Positions 47,401-61,699 of a stretch of 64,000 nucleotides of DNA are shown here, piece by piece. A model generated the notes under the pieces. The model had not been told where the DNA came from, ran no database searches, and worked only from the letters and a program-made list of their open reading frames with translations. The stretch is from positions 29,443,134 through 29,507,133 of the forward strand of contig CM119263.1 in assembly GCA_051294375.1 (NCBI GenBank), written 5' to 3'. The DNA is from Paraspadella gotoi. Lineage: Eukaryota > Animalia > Chaetognatha. The position numbers and the translations under genes are program-made. Each line of letters opens with the position of its first letter. Position 1 is the stretch's first letter.

Positions 47401-49079
47401 CCTTTGGCCAGAACGGAATCCGCGGCGTCGTCGAGACCCAAAACCGGCGACTCGGGATTCCACGACGATCCCGGCGCCGGAACGTCGATGGAGGTGGACG
47501 AGATTAAAATCGGTAAATAATTTGATGACATCATCTCGTCAACATCATATCTACGTCAGATTAACATCAACACTCCCTTACTATCAACATCATCATTACA
47601 TCAATTCGTCTCGTCACTTCCTCAAATCCACCTCATCGTTCCATCACTTCTACATCTTTATTTCATCACATCCATATCATCCTTTCATCTCTTGAACATC
47701 ATCAATTCATCACTTCCACATCATCACTCCACCTCCCTCACATTATTACTCTATCACTTTCCCGATATCACTCCATCACCTCACATAATCAATCCTCTAC
47801 ATTATTACTCCATCACCACCTCGTCATCACTCCATCACCCTTACATTATCACGTCATCACCTCTACATCATTAATCCATCACCTTATCACGCTAACATTA
47901 TCACTCCATCACCTCACCATCATCACTCCATCACCTCCAAATCATCATTTCATCACCCCTACATCATTACTACATTACTTCCCCATCATCACTCATCACC
48001 CTTAAATTATCACCCATCACCTCTCCATCATCACTCCATCACCTCTAAATCATCACTCCATCCCCTCATCATCCCTTTATCACCCTTACATTATCACTCC
48101 ATCACCTCCACATCATTACTCCATCACCTCTGCATCATCACTCCATCTTCTCCCAATGATATTTCCCTTTTCTTGTCCGCCAGGTTCAACCGTGAATCCT
48201 TTTGACCCCAAACTCCTGCAATTGTCCAACCGAGATGAAGAGGAGGAGGAGACGAAGGAGGATAAGGAGGAGTCGATGAAGGAGGAGGAGGAGGAGGAGG
48301 AGGAAGAGGAGGAGGACGACGTGGGGGATCTGGGAGGGACGAGCTACTCGACCGGAACCGGGGAGGAGTGGATGGAAATGTCCCTCAGCCCGAACAAAAG
48401 CAAAGTCAGTTTATACTTGCGCCGCGAGTACTCGCGGAGCAACTCTATAAGTCACTTTTCGGTCGGTCGGTCCGTCTGTCCATTGGTTTGTCCCACTTGC
48501 ATTAAAAACGCTTATAACTTGTCTATAGTTTGTTGCTCATTTGTTAAAAATCAAATCTAAGCGACTACTGGCGCCGCCTTTTGTTTTTAAAAAAATCTTA
48601 TAAACTATAAGGAATAAATGACATGATAAGTAAAAAGAAAAGTAATGCGGCGCAGCACCTTGGAATAACCGTTCCTTGTTTAAAATATATGTGATCTCAT
48701 TTTTAACTAATTAATTATTGACGTAGCGGAAAAAGTTGTGGTTCGTTTAAAATTTGATTGAGTACTTTCATCTCATTTGCATATTGTAGCAGTTAAATTA
48801 TTTCTTATATTTTTGTATTCGGTTCTCTTCAAAGTTTTATTTTAATATTTTAAGGATACTTTTAATAAAATTTAATATTTATTTAGATTTACAAATAATG
48901 ATAATTTTCAATTTTTAGGCAATCTGAATTTAATTTGAAAACGGATTATATATTATTTTTAGGCTAATCGCTCAAAACCCAAAACGGTGGTGTACCTCTT
49001 CGGTGGACGACAGGGCGACTCGACCAGATCCATTTCCTTCGCGCCGCTTCAGTTGTGGAGGTGTGACGTGGAACCTTGA
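38456..49079 (+). CDS. Kelch-repeat beta-propeller protein with a long low-complexity insertion (about 20 exons)
   Basis: First exon 38456-38841. Kelch blades PSERIKHCACFYKKSIYIFSGKNG..RDLWRFD..TWE, LYLFGGELG..VWIFN, RRSHSAVVYHSGLFVYGGYIDLRGS..LWQYN, PRHDHSAIVYNHSMWIYGG, ERYGHSAS..MMIVGG..TWTFN. Ser/Pro-rich exons follow at 41-48 kb. Last exon 48963-49079 encodes VVYLFGGRQG..LQLWRCD. Confidence 0.85.
46100..46310. repeat. (GAT/GAC)n low-complexity intronic repeat
   Basis: Degenerate trinucleotide run, directly visible. Confidence 0.85.
47690..48150. repeat. Degenerate minisatellite (CATCACTCCATCACCTC-like unit) in a kelch-gene intron
   Basis: Repeated catcactccatcacc units, directly visible. 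Confidence 0.85.
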
Positions 49080-49299
49080 GATTTTGGGGACACCCATTTG
49101 CCGCAATTGTTGATATTGTGGACACTTTGTCAACCAAACTTGCTAGAAGTGATTTGAGAATTTGAAGCCAGAATAAATTACAAACGCCACAGCCTCATCG
49201 ATCGTCTGATACCAAAAAAATGAGTCATTTAAATTTCCTGCGATGGCAAACAGACTCATTGCCGTCTTTGACATTTCGCCGTAACTTATCGCGTCTTTT

Positions 49300-49392
49300 T
49301 CGCCGTCTTTGCCCACAATTCGCCGTGGTTGCCACAATTCGCCGTGGTTGCCCACAATTCGCCGTCTTTGCCCACAATTCGCCGTCTTCTTA
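49300..49392. repeat. Short tandem repeat (~20-bp unit GCCCACAATTCGCCGTSKTT)
   Basis: About four to five copies downstream of the kelch stop codon. Confidence 0.85.
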
Positions 49393-52052
49393 CCGCGACT
49401 CAAAAAAGATGCTACTTTTTCTACTTCGTTGTCATCGTTTAAACTCCACACATAACAGTTTTCCTCGCATTGACGAATACATTATTGAATACATTATTGT
49501 AAGACGACGTTTGTGGATTTCGATTCTTATTCGTTGATTCTAATTCTTTTTTTTTCCTCTACTACATTTTTCTTCCCTTGGCATATTTAACGGGACCCGA
49601 TATAGTTTGTATAAAATAAATGAATTTTTCTCCGTTTTAGAATTCTCATAGCTGAATCTTATCCCTTTCTTTTGATTTATATCTTCATATCTAAAAATAG
49701 CCTTTTCTTCTAGAAACAGATCGAGGCGTGCATCTTAGTTCATAAATAATCTAGTCTTCTGTCCGCGGTCTGTTTAAAACACACAAGTTTTTTTTTATTT
49801 ATCAACATCGAGAATCAAAAGAATAATTAATTAATTAAATATTTTAAACGCATATTTTATTTTTTTTTACTACTAAAAGAGATTACAAATAAAATTCACA
49901 AGCCGTATTTTTTTGGCCAAGCATAAAACTATTAAAACTAGAAGAATAATAAAAATTAGACGAACAACTTGCTACTATCTACAGTCATATACATAGTGAA
50001 GAGTATGATGATGTTTTCCAACACTGCCGTTAAAAGCGTAACAATCCGCTAATCAGAAACTTTATTAGTTATTTTTTTTCTTTAAAGCGTCTTATATTGT
50101 TTAATATTTTTTGTAATACGTGCTAATTAGCCTTTTTTAAAGTTAGTTAATTTTTTTTAATACATGACTTTTTATTATACTTTGGGAGCGTTTGTTAGTG
50201 AAGCAAATCAATCATAACAAACATTAATTATGCGAAATAACGTACAAAACGTTAATACTCTATGGGGTTTCCTAGTTGCAAGAAGTAATTCCAAATAATT
50301 GGAAAGACTTCCGTTATTAATTATTAAAATTGTTTGCTGTTAAAATATCAATTTTTTTTGACATACTTTTCAAAGTTCACGATTAAATAAAAAATAAATA
50401 AATAAAAAATACTATTTTTAGTTCTCTTTGCAATTTCGACGAAACCCCCATTGGTTTGATCCAAAATCATAACATCGCGATTTTTTACTCGCTAGTCTCT
50501 TGCCGTAGCCTCACTATTTGGAGACTTTTTATTCTAGTTTTTCTCATAATACGTTTTCAAATTCACTAAAATTTGTGAACCAAAAATATTTATAAACGGT
50601 TTGTTACGAAAAATCAATTGGATTAATTAGAAACGTTGATCTAGTCACATTCATTATCTTCCACTGTCTTCGATATTAATGTAAATTTTACAGTTTTTTT
50701 TTTTCTCTTACTGATTGAAGACGATTGAAGATGTTCAATTGTTCGTATTTCGTATTATAATTACGGTAATCAAGAATATTATGTAAGGTTGTTCTCATAC
50801 TGATCAAATATCACATCCGCCACTATTTGCTCTCTTCTTCTTTCATTCTTTTTCATACAAAAAAACAAACTATGTATACGGCATTATTATCGGGATTAAA
50901 CATTTGTCAACGTCCGCGTAATCGTGAGGTGACGTGTCCCGCACTCTCCCGTCTTTACGATCCGAGCACCGACTTAAACCGATGTGATGATCTTTATAAG
51001 TATTACGTAGTGCTTAAATAAAATCAGAAAAAAAAAACATTAATTTTATGATCCGAAAATAATTTTTTTCAGGTCATGCGAACGCCTAAAAATCCTAGAT
51101 TTTTTTTATCGGGCATTTAAACCAAGATAACAGAATTGACCCCCCCTATATATAAAAGGTCAATAAGTCCCTTGGCCCTTAACTAGTTTTATTGTGACGC
51201 AGTAAGTCTCCCCCGAACGCAATCGCTGTGATGTTGACTCCTCAAAATATTTTAAACTATATCATTCCAAAAAAAAAAAAAAAGTAAAATCCTCTTCCCT
51301 ATTCCATTAATTTCCCTAAGGTTTCCAAAATAATTTCAAACTTCGAATTAATAAAAAAAAAAAAAAATTAAAACAAGCATGTGAATTTTGCATGAGGCGA
51401 AGCGATTGCGAAAGATTGAGAAATCAAAAAAGGATTGAATCAGTAAAACAATAAAACTTTATATGAAACTTCACAATAATTAACCGAATACCCGACGCTT
51501 GTGGAGAGACACTTTTCTTTTTATCTATTTTGAAATTGTCGACGATATTTTTAATTTTTTGAAATTGTTTTTATTTTATTCTTTTTAGGTTGATTTTTCT
51601 CTGCTTTGGACTTAAAATTTGCGTCTTTACTTTGTTATTGATCTCAATATCTGTGCTTCCCAATCAATAAATAATTCTCCACAGACTGGTGTTTTGTTTT
51701 AAAAGAAATTAATCGAATTGATAAACTAATTTTAGTTATTTAGTTTAGTTAGTTGCGTTCATTCTGCTAAAATTATCGACAGAAGGGCTCTAAAAACTAG
51801 CTATAAGCATAACATGACCTCGCATAGGCCAATCAATTTTTTAGGTCATCAAAAAAAATATTTTGATCCTTAAAAAAATTCAATTAAAAAAATAAGCTTT
51901 ATATCAATTTCTCGACAAACTAATTCTATAATGACAAAGACACACACACACATACAAAAAAAATTCTTATTAGCCGTTTTCTTCCAATCTTGTGTGCTTC
52001 AGTAATATCATCAGTGGTCGAAAACCGAGTGGATTAGTTGCGTAAATTTGGT

Positions 52053-52149
52053 TGACGTCATAGACGATTGGATTTTGCTCCTTTCCCCTTCGACCAATTA
52101 GATTCGCCCTTCGTCGGTAAAATTGTCACGTGATAAAGATCTGACCAAT
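52053..52149. promoter_or_regulatory. Cluster of promoter motifs (CRE, three CCAAT boxes, E-box)
   Basis: TGACGTCA 52053, ATTGG 52067, CCAAT 52094, GTCACGTGA 52125 and CCAAT 52145 within 100 bp of otherwise AT-rich DNA. Confidence 0.5.
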
Positions 52150-52933
52150 CAGCGCCCGATGGAGCTGTTGGATGTTAGACAACGTACGAGCGTGTACAAC
52201 CTCCTTCGCTTTCTTGCTTACACATACCCCCGAAAAAATCAGCGTCGACCTGAACGTAATATTATGACTATGCATAACTAAACGTTCATACTTCTGCATA
52301 GCTGTGCTCTTTTTTACCCCTCGTGCATGACGATCGTGGACAAAAAAATTCTTTTAAAAAAATTATTTAGCATAGCCGTGCCGTGGTTTTTTGTGTACAA
52401 TTTTTTTGGGGATAGAATTTTGACAGTTGCATCCCCGGCCCCCTTCCAACCCAAAAGAAAAATGATTACCCGAAACAAAAATAATTTTTAATTTAATTAG
52501 TTTTCAAAAGAAACTTAAAAGGCTAGCATTTTTGTCGCGGCACTAAGAAGGAAATGAAAATGGTTAAATAAAATACGTAATTTTTATAAAAGTCTTTTGT
52601 AACCAAAACATCTTATATATTTTAGGAACTAAACAGGTAACAAACATTTCGTCTCTTCTCCCAATTTCTACTCCCGGTCGTCGTTTATCGTCTTAACAAA
52701 ATCGAATACCTCTCTCTCTCTCTCGTTCTCGCTCGCTCTCTCGCTCTTTCGCTCGTTTTTTTGTTTTTCCCAGTCGTCAAGAAGGGAGCATTTGGGATTG
52801 CATCTTGAGAGAGAGAGAGATAGAGAGAGAGTATTTTGTATTCTCCCTTTGACGTTTAGTTTGATTTTGATATTTACCTTTTACTTAGAAATACGTAACT
52901 TAATTCTTACTTTAAAACATTTATGCAAGTCCC

Positions 52934-52935
<2 letters not shown>

Positions 52936-53020
<85 letters not shown>
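52936..53020. repeat. (TTTC)n microsatellite
   Basis: Directly visible. Confidence 0.95.
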
Positions 53021-53596
53021 CTTTCTTTAAAGTTGTATACATTATTTTCTTTTTCACACACGCAGACACACGCCAACGAACAAAAGGCGTATATGTACAC
53101 ATGTACACTTAATCACACACACACATACACACAGTGGCACACTCCCCTCAACCGCAACCGTTATTTTCTCCGATTATTTTAACGTTAGAATGATTATTCA
53201 AGATTGGAGGGCTTGCCCGGACTTGCAAAAAGCCGCGACGAATCCTGCATTCAATTTTACAATCAAACTAATTATATAAATGCGGAAAAAAATGATATCT
53301 GCGAAAAAAAAGGAAAAAAAGAAAAAAACAAATATCTCCTAAGTATTAAATGTTTTTTTATTTTTATAGGATAACAACAAATTGACCTTTAAACCACTCG
53401 GACCACTCAGACGACATATCGTCATATATCGTTTTCGATTGTGGAACAATTTTGGATCAATTTTCTTTAAATTTGTCTTTCAAGTATTGAATCAAAGGGA
53501 GAAACGATATAGGGTTTCTCTTCTTTCTCGTCGTCGTCGTCGTCGTCGTCGATGTCGAAATCGCCGTCTATGGAGCGCGTGCCTTATTTTTTTGCG

Positions 53597-53981
<385 letters not shown>

Positions 53982-54406
53982 AAAGGTCTCCGGAGAAAAT
54001 CTATCGCGCTCTGCCATTAAAACGATTTTCCATCTCTGCGTTTGTAAATTTTATAAATGGATATAGATTAAAATATGAAAAAATGAAAAAATGAATAAAA
54101 AGCAAACGTTGATTAAAAAAAGATTCTATGAATAGATGTGATCCATTTTTTTAATACGTTTTAAAAATCGTTTCTTTAAAGTTTTTTTTCTCTACTAAAT
54201 AACGTTCGTGCAATTTTCCCCATGTCTAATTTTTCTTTTAATTCGATTGTCATAGATTCCCGACTACATTACATCGATTGAAACCCGATTCAATCTCACC
54301 AACAGCCAACTACATCAAAAAAGAAAATTAAAAAAAAGAAAAAAGAAAAAGTGCAAATTTGTGTTTCGCCCTTTTTGTCTCTCAATGATTCCCACCGACG
54401 CCGACG

Positions 54407-55931
54407 ATGACCAAAAACGGGCGCGGTCTCCGCGGCGCCGGTTCGGGCGCCTCGGGGATTCCGCCCGTGGGTAGCGGCGCCCTGGCGTCGGTCTTGGGCG
54501 GCGACCAGCACCGCGGCGGCGCCCAACGCGGCGATCGCAACGCCGGTAGCGACACTTCGGAAGAACTCAACGTCTCGGGTACGCCGTCGCCGCCGCCGCT
54601 CGGACTTTATTCAGCGGCGGCGGCGGCGGCGCCATCCTCCGCCGTTTTAGCGCCGCGATTTCAACGCCACGGCGTCGTCGGCGCGCCCGCCATACAGCGC
54701 CGCGATCCGACGCCGCCGGTGACGCGGACGTCGACGACTTCGTCGCCGGAACTGTCGTCGTTTTTCGACGCGGCGTCGTCGTCGTCATCGTCGGCGGCTC
54801 CGGCGTCGGTAGCGTCGGCGGCGGCGCGCATCGCCAAACCGCCGAAGAAGCGGAGGCAGCCGGAGGTCGGCGCCACGAGCGCCGCTGCCGACCCCGGCGT
54901 CGAAATGATGGACACGCGAAAGCAGAACCTCATCGATTTGAATGAATGGAAGGGACATAGAGTTTTGGCATTTCTCAATGGAACTTACCAACCGGGTGTC
55001 ATTAAGTAAGGGACTATGAAATATTAGGCGTTTTTATATAGGAGCTGACTCACAAAAAATATATACAACTCAGATGAAAAAACGTTTTTGAAAGAATATA
55101 TCGACGTCCCCTTAAGAATATATCGATTCTATCGACCTTCCCCTTAAATCAGGTCCGTGACTGAGAATCGTCACGTCGGAATTCTCTTTGACGAAGGACG
55201 TGAAGTCCTCGACTTCTTGGATGTGATTCTCTGTGACAAAGTCACGATTATCAGGTGAGTACTCTCAATTCATCTCTTAATTCAATGATTTGGTGTCCGA
55301 CTGTCCGTGATTAGATGATTATTATTATATTACACTTACAGCTACGATAATAATATTGGAATTACGAAGGTGAAAAGGTTCTATTAAAGAAAATATAATT
55401 AACAACAGAAAACCTTAAGATTGAAAATGTATGATTTAGCCCAAGATAATTAAGTCAAGAAAATTTTGAGAATATCAAAGTACATTTGAGTTGGACAATC
55501 TAATAAAAGAGGAAAAACACGCTTCTTGCAATTTCCTTTCCCACGAAATCGTGTTTCCGTCTAAACGCAAAATGTAGGTCACTGTCGGTTCCTCTTTTGC
55601 CTGCAAATCGAAAAAAGGAAAAGGGAATTGGCGAAAAGAGAGAGGAGTAACTCGGACAAGAAATGAAATAATGTGACATAAATTATAAACGTCGTAGACT
55701 AAATGGGAGTTAAATCAAGTTTTTCTTACGAATTATTAGAAATGTATTAATTAATTTTTTTTAGTCTGTGACTTTTTTGTTCGACAACTTATTATTTTTT
55801 TTAGTTTAGGATTAAACACTGTTAACTAAAAAAAATTGACGTCAGGAAGAAAGTCGTACTACAAAAAAAAAAAAGTTTCGCAATTTCATTGAAGAAAGAA
55901 TTCTGCAGCGATATTATATTACCATAGCGAG

Positions 55932-56024
<93 letters not shown>

Positions 56025-59000
56025 AGAGAGAGAAAAAGAGAGAGAGAGAGACAGAGATTGCCTTACCGTCTCACAACGAAGACATTGTCAAAAGCGACTA
56101 TTCAAAAATTTTCTCTAACGTCATCTATCCTCCTCCTCCTCCTCCTCCTCCTCATCCAGCGACGCTTCCCCTTCCCCGCGCCTTCTATCGGTCGGTTGCA
56201 AAGTCGCCGCCCGCCTGACGCAAGAAGAGACGTCCTTTATCGAGGGCGTGGTGGTCGGGATGCGTCAGGCGCCTGTCTCCTATCAGATCCGCCTGTCTAC
56301 AGATCGCGAGATTTGGACCTCGCGCGCCAACGTGCGCCTCTTGCAGGCTCCGTGGACGGAAGAGTTGGAGGCTCAGCTTGAGGCCTTGGCAGTGTCGGCG
56401 CCGGCGACGTCAGGATTGTCGGCTCCCTCTTCGCACCGCGGGTTCGATTACGGCGCAGCGGGGGACCGCAAAGATCAGGCGCCGTTCGGTTCAGAGAGTT
56501 CGGCGGCTCCGTCTCCCAACGCCGCCTCCACCACGAATTCCACGCCGCCGACGCCGCACTTTTCCGGCGGCGGCTCTGCAGCGGCGGCGGTCTCCAACAT
56601 GGACATGGCCAAGATGCGCATGACGCTACCGGCGGCGCCTTCGCCGCTTCCGAGAGTCGAAGCCGGAAATCGCGAAGATCTCGGCGCCGACGAAGACGAT
56701 AGAGACGGATTCCGGCGCCGATCGCCCAGCCGGTCGCAATCCGCCTCGCCGCAGCTGCGCGTCGGCGGCGACGAAGACGGATCTCGGTCTCCCATCGAAT
56801 CGGCGCCGGCCAATCATCCGCCGGCCCATCTCCCTCCACAAGGTCCACCGGGTCTCCATCCGTTGGCCTTTCAGTCTCTCCATCAATTGGCGCCGGGTCT
56901 GCTGCCTCCGGGGCTGACTCATCCAGCCGCGGCGGCGCAGCATCTACCGCCGGGCTTTCCGCCGCTGCCGCATCAGCAGCGACCACCCCTCGGGGCCGGA
57001 GGAATGGCGGGCCCGGCGCCTCCACCGGCTCATTCCCTGCCGCCCCTGGGGCCCGGACACCCCATGTACCCGTTGGGGCTGGCGACCTCCTCTCAGTCTC
57101 ACCCCGAGCAGCTGGTTCAGCAGCAACAGCAGCAGCAACAGCAGCAACAGCATCCTCCGGAACCCGCTCAAGATCTCGACCAGGAGAAATTGAAGCAGAT
57201 GCAGCATCATCACCAGGGCGCGGCAGGAGCGGCAGGACAGCCGCAGCAGGGACAACAGCCGCAGCCATCGGGAGGCGTGATAGGCAAAGACGGTCAGGGT
57301 CGATCCAGGTTTGTGATGGTGATGATGAAGATGATGACTCCAAAGATAATAAAGATAATGATGTATGTGGCTAAAATGTTGATAATTTTGCAGATAATGC
57401 TGATAAAGATGAAGAATGAAGATATAATGATAATGATGATTGTGACGACTGTAAACGACGATGATGATCTTGATCCTCCTCCTCCTCCTTCGCCGCCGCA
57501 GGACGCCGCGTTCCCCAGCGGCGCAGCAACAGAAATACCAAAAGGGCGATGTTGTGTCGACGCCGAACGGGATCCGGAAGAAGTTCAACGGGAAGCAGTG
57601 GAGGCGCCTTTGCTCCAAGGTATGCCCCGGGAATGTCTTGAGGGGTATGCCTTTGATTTTGGCTACAAGGTCTGCCTTGAATGTCTCGTTGGGTATTCCT
57701 TTGATCTTGGGGGGGTATGCCTATTACCTCTCTACAAGAAATGCTTGGAATGCTTTGAGGCGTATGTTTCCATGCCATGATTTCTTCCTTCTCCTTCCCT
57801 CTCTCCTCCAAAGGACGGATGCACCAAAGAATCCCAACGTCGGGGCTACTGTTCCCGACATCTTTCGCTCAAGGGCAAAAGCCTCAGATCAACCCTCTCG
57901 TTTCCGGGCCGTAGAAAAGGTAATATTGAGTTTTTATTTTAATATTGTTTATTAGTTTTTTATATTTATATTTTCTCTTTCTCTGATTATTACTTCCTTC
58001 CTTTCTTGCTTTCGTTCTTTCCTTCTTTTTCTTTCTTACTTTCTAATTTTTATCTTTTTTTTTCTTTCTGTCTTCAATCCTCCTCATATCTCTTTCCCCC
58101 ACCAAATCTTCCAGGGGCTCTGAAGGACGGCGAGTTGGACTGGGACGACCTCGGGGCCCACGACGCCCTTGGCGACGCGCTGCAGCCGGACCTCCGCAGG
58201 ATGGCCGCAGCCGTCGGTTTTGACGAGGCGGAGGCGGCTTCCATGCTCGTCTCTCTCGGCACATCGAGATCAGGTCAATGCTCCTCTGAGCCTGTGGGAA
58301 AATAAGTCTCTTTGACTAAAAAAATGTTAATTTATGATAATTGATTAATTACAATAATTTTTAGTAATCATTAACTAAAGACAATACAAATAATTACGTA
58401 AAAACCAAAAATAAAACTAATGTTGAGCTCTGAAACGAAAATGAACCAATTTTAGCTTCAACACTACAATATGTAAATTAGATTAAAAGGATCAAGATGA
58501 TATTAAAGAAACATCTCCTCTCACACAGGCACTCCCGCCTTCTCCCCCGGGGGTTCGCCTTACCCGGGCACCGCCCACCATCACTCTCAGTCGTCCTCGC
58601 CCCATCTCTACGGCCCGGGGGTTCCGCACGGATTCGCCCCCGTCTCCCCGCACTCGTCTCATCACGGACCCGGGATGTGGGGGAGTGAGTATAGGGGGGG
58701 TTGAGGGGGAGAGTGGGAAGGGAAGGGGGGAAGTAAGGAAAGAAAGAAAATAATCGAGGAATGCAAAAAAAACCCCAAGAAAACTGTTTGGGACAAGTAA
58801 GAAAAAATAAAGAAAGAAACAAAAAAAAAAGGAGACAAAGTAACAAGTAGGCCTACAAATAAAAAACAAGTCCTTTCCACCTTTTTTTCCCCCCTCCACC
58901 CCCTAAAACTGCAGACCGCGGTCTCCAGCCCCACGGAACCTCGATTCCCCCTTCCCCTTGCCCCCACGGGCCTCCCGACTCACCTTCTCCTAAGACTTAC

Positions 59001-59109
59001 CGGGGTGACGGGCTTCACTTACCCGCGGGAATGTCGAGGGAGGAATATCTGGAGAGGATCAAGGACGCGCCGATGGTAAGGAGTGGGTGATAATAATAAT
59101 AATAATAAA

Positions 59110-59164
<55 letters not shown>

Positions 59165-59683
59165 CTTACAGGCCAAAGAGAGCGCGAAGACTGAGGAGGC
59201 GAAGCTGTCAATCGAGTGGGCGCCGTCGCCGCGTCCGACGCCGGATGCCGGAAACCGGCGCTCCCAGGACGACTCTCTCAAGGTGACCTAGAGATTAACA
59301 GTGACTTTAATCCATGACCCAGACTTAACCTATTATAGTAGCGGACTTGACTTATTCTGCGATCGAGTCAGGAACCTTGCTTTGACCTTTACCCGATGCG
59401 ACCTTGACCCCTCCCGTTAACTCCCTCCCACCCCTCCTCCAGAGCGAATCGGCGTCGACCGCGGCGCCATCTTCCGTCGCCGTCTTGAGTCAAGGCGGCG
59501 CCACTTCCGGAATTTCCTTCGTCCAAACGGCGACGGGTCTCATCGCCCTGGCGCCGGCCGGTGCTGTCCCCGGCGCCGTCATTCATACTTCTCCCGCTGC
59601 GCTGCTGCCGCTGATGCCGGTCGGGGCTGCGGCCGAAGGGAAAGAAGGAAAGACGGACGGAATCGATGGGAAAGTTACGACGG
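54407..59683 (+). CDS. CIC: Capicua, long-isoform N-terminal exons (partial; HMG box not in window)
   Basis: Exons approx. 54407-55005, 55153-55254, 56160-57308, 57502-57619, 57814-57919, 58115-58273, then further exons to 59683 before an N gap. [40 protein letters not shown] and [47 protein letters not shown] are characteristic of CIC-L. Confidence 0.92.
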
Positions 59684-61083
59684 GTGAGNNNNNNNNNNNN
59701 NNNNNNNNNNNNNNNNNNNNNNNNNNNNNNNNNNNNNNNNNNNNNNNNNNNNNNNNNNNNNNNNNNNNNNNNNNNNNNNNNNNNNNNNNNNNNNNNNNNN
59801 NNNNNNNNNNNNNNNNNNNNNNNNNNNNNNNNNNNNNNNNNNNNNNNNNNNNNNNNNNNNNNNNNNNNNNNNNNNNNNNNNNNNNNNNNNNNNNNNNNNN
59901 NNNNNNNNNNNNNNNNNNNNNNNNNNNNNNNNNNNNNNNNNNNNNNNNNNNNNNNNNNNNNNNNNNNNNNNNNNNNNNNNNNNNNNNNNNNNNNNNNNNN
60001 NNNNNNNNNNNNNNNNNNNNNNNNNNNNNNNNNNNNNNNNNNNNNNNATTTTTTTTACATTTGTTTTTTATTTTATCTTTTTTTTTCATTCTTTTTGTTT
60101 TCTCTTTTTTAATTTTTTCTCCTTTTTCCGCATCGTGTATCGGGTGGTTAATAAAAAAAAATCTTAATGGTTTTTCAGATTTCGATAACGATTAATCCCT
60201 TCGTCCTTTTTTTTCTTTAAAATTTAACCGCGCACCCTGCACTGTAGCGCCCCACAGTGAGTCGGGGAGAAAACTGACCATATTTCCCAAAAGACCCCTA
60301 ATTCGGCTAAAATTCAGAATTAAGTTTGAAAGTTAAACAATTAAGATTAAGGTTTTGGTTAGTGATTGTAGGTAAAACTTATTATTTGGTAAGAGAATAA
60401 GGTTAAATAATTTGGGTTAAAACGAAGTTCAGAGATTAAGAACAGAAATAGAGCGATTCCGGAAAATAGTGCCGAAAAGCTTTCCTTTCGTGTCCTTGTT
60501 AATTTTGATTATTCACCATTCATTTTAACCTGTTTAAAGTTTAAACTCAAGTTAGGCTTCTGCTTTTTAAACCTAATAAAAAAAAAATTGTACGAAGTCA
60601 GCAGATTTCGTGTAAAGATTTTGAATGGAAAGAAAAAGTATTCGTTTTGTTTTATGTCGAAAACGATTTCGAGTCTTAAGATCTTTTCACGAGATACGCA
60701 ATTTACGAATCACATTTGATTGAAAATTGGGATTTCTGTGACTCGTTGTAAGAAAAAAAAAAGGTCGTTATCAGTTCTACAACCCACATACTAAAAGTGG
60801 ATGACGAGAGGACGACAGCCCGGACTTGCCCGAGCGTATCTCTATCTCACTCTTGCTCACTCGCTCTCTCTCTCTCTCTCTTTCGCTCTCTCCCTCTCGC
60901 TCTCTCTCTCGCCCCCTTAGCTCAATTAGCCAAGCTGGGATCGCTAGCCCGGGTTTGATGCCGTCTGGTGCCTGGAGCTGCTTCCTTATATATTCTTCAT
61001 TTTTGTCTTTTAATTTTTTTGTCTTTTTTTTGTCTTCTTTCTCTTGGCGCGCTGTTCCTTCCACACTAGAGCAGCTCGGGGGG

Positions 61084-61201
<118 letters not shown>

Positions 61202-61520
61202 GTTTCAAGTTCAACTTTTCTAAATTTAACACCGGTTCTATCTGCAGAATTCAAGGTCGTTTTTCACTTTTTCAATTTTGACTCTTTAATTCACCTAACC
61301 TAGCCTGTGAAAGCTACACTTTGGGGAAATTGGCGACTTTCCTTTCTTCCAAAATATCCTTAAGACACCTAATTTTGCTCTTTCCATTGCCCCCTTAACT
61401 ATTAATTATTAACTATTCTATCGATATATCGCATAATTTTCTCTTTAAGATTCATTCCATTTTCACTTATATCTTTGTCCTTCACCCATGTCATTTCCTG
61501 TGTTATCTTCCTTGTCGTGT

Positions 61521-61557
<37 letters not shown>

Positions 61558-61662
61558 NNNNNNNNNNNNNNNNNNNNNNNNNNNNNNNNNNNNNNNNNNN
61601 NNNNNNNNNNNNNNNNNNNNNNNNNNNNNNNNNNNNNNNNNNNNNNNNNNNNNNNNNNNNNN

Positions 61663-61699
<37 letters not shown>

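Noticed and set aside
50262-50451. Short inverted repeats (TGGGGTTTC/GAAACCCC; similar case at ~42101-42247) as MITEs
   Set aside because: Matches are short, no TSD is evident and there is no second copy in the window.
51180-51260. Spliced-leader RNA gene candidate after a TATA box
   Set aside because: Has a GTAAGT but no convincing SL stem-loops or Sm site; no SL RNA gene can be supported in this window.
54385-54474. Out-of-frame upstream ATG overlapping the capicua start (also a 6-codon uORF at 11201-11221 before USP22)
   Set aside because: True mRNA 5' ends are unknown, so a regulatory role cannot be supported from sequence alone.
57630-57775. Spaced GAATGTCTT..GGTATGCCTTTGAT repeats resembling a CRISPR-like array
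   Set aside because: A degenerate intronic minisatellite in a eukaryotic gene; no constant repeat with unique spacers and no cas genes.
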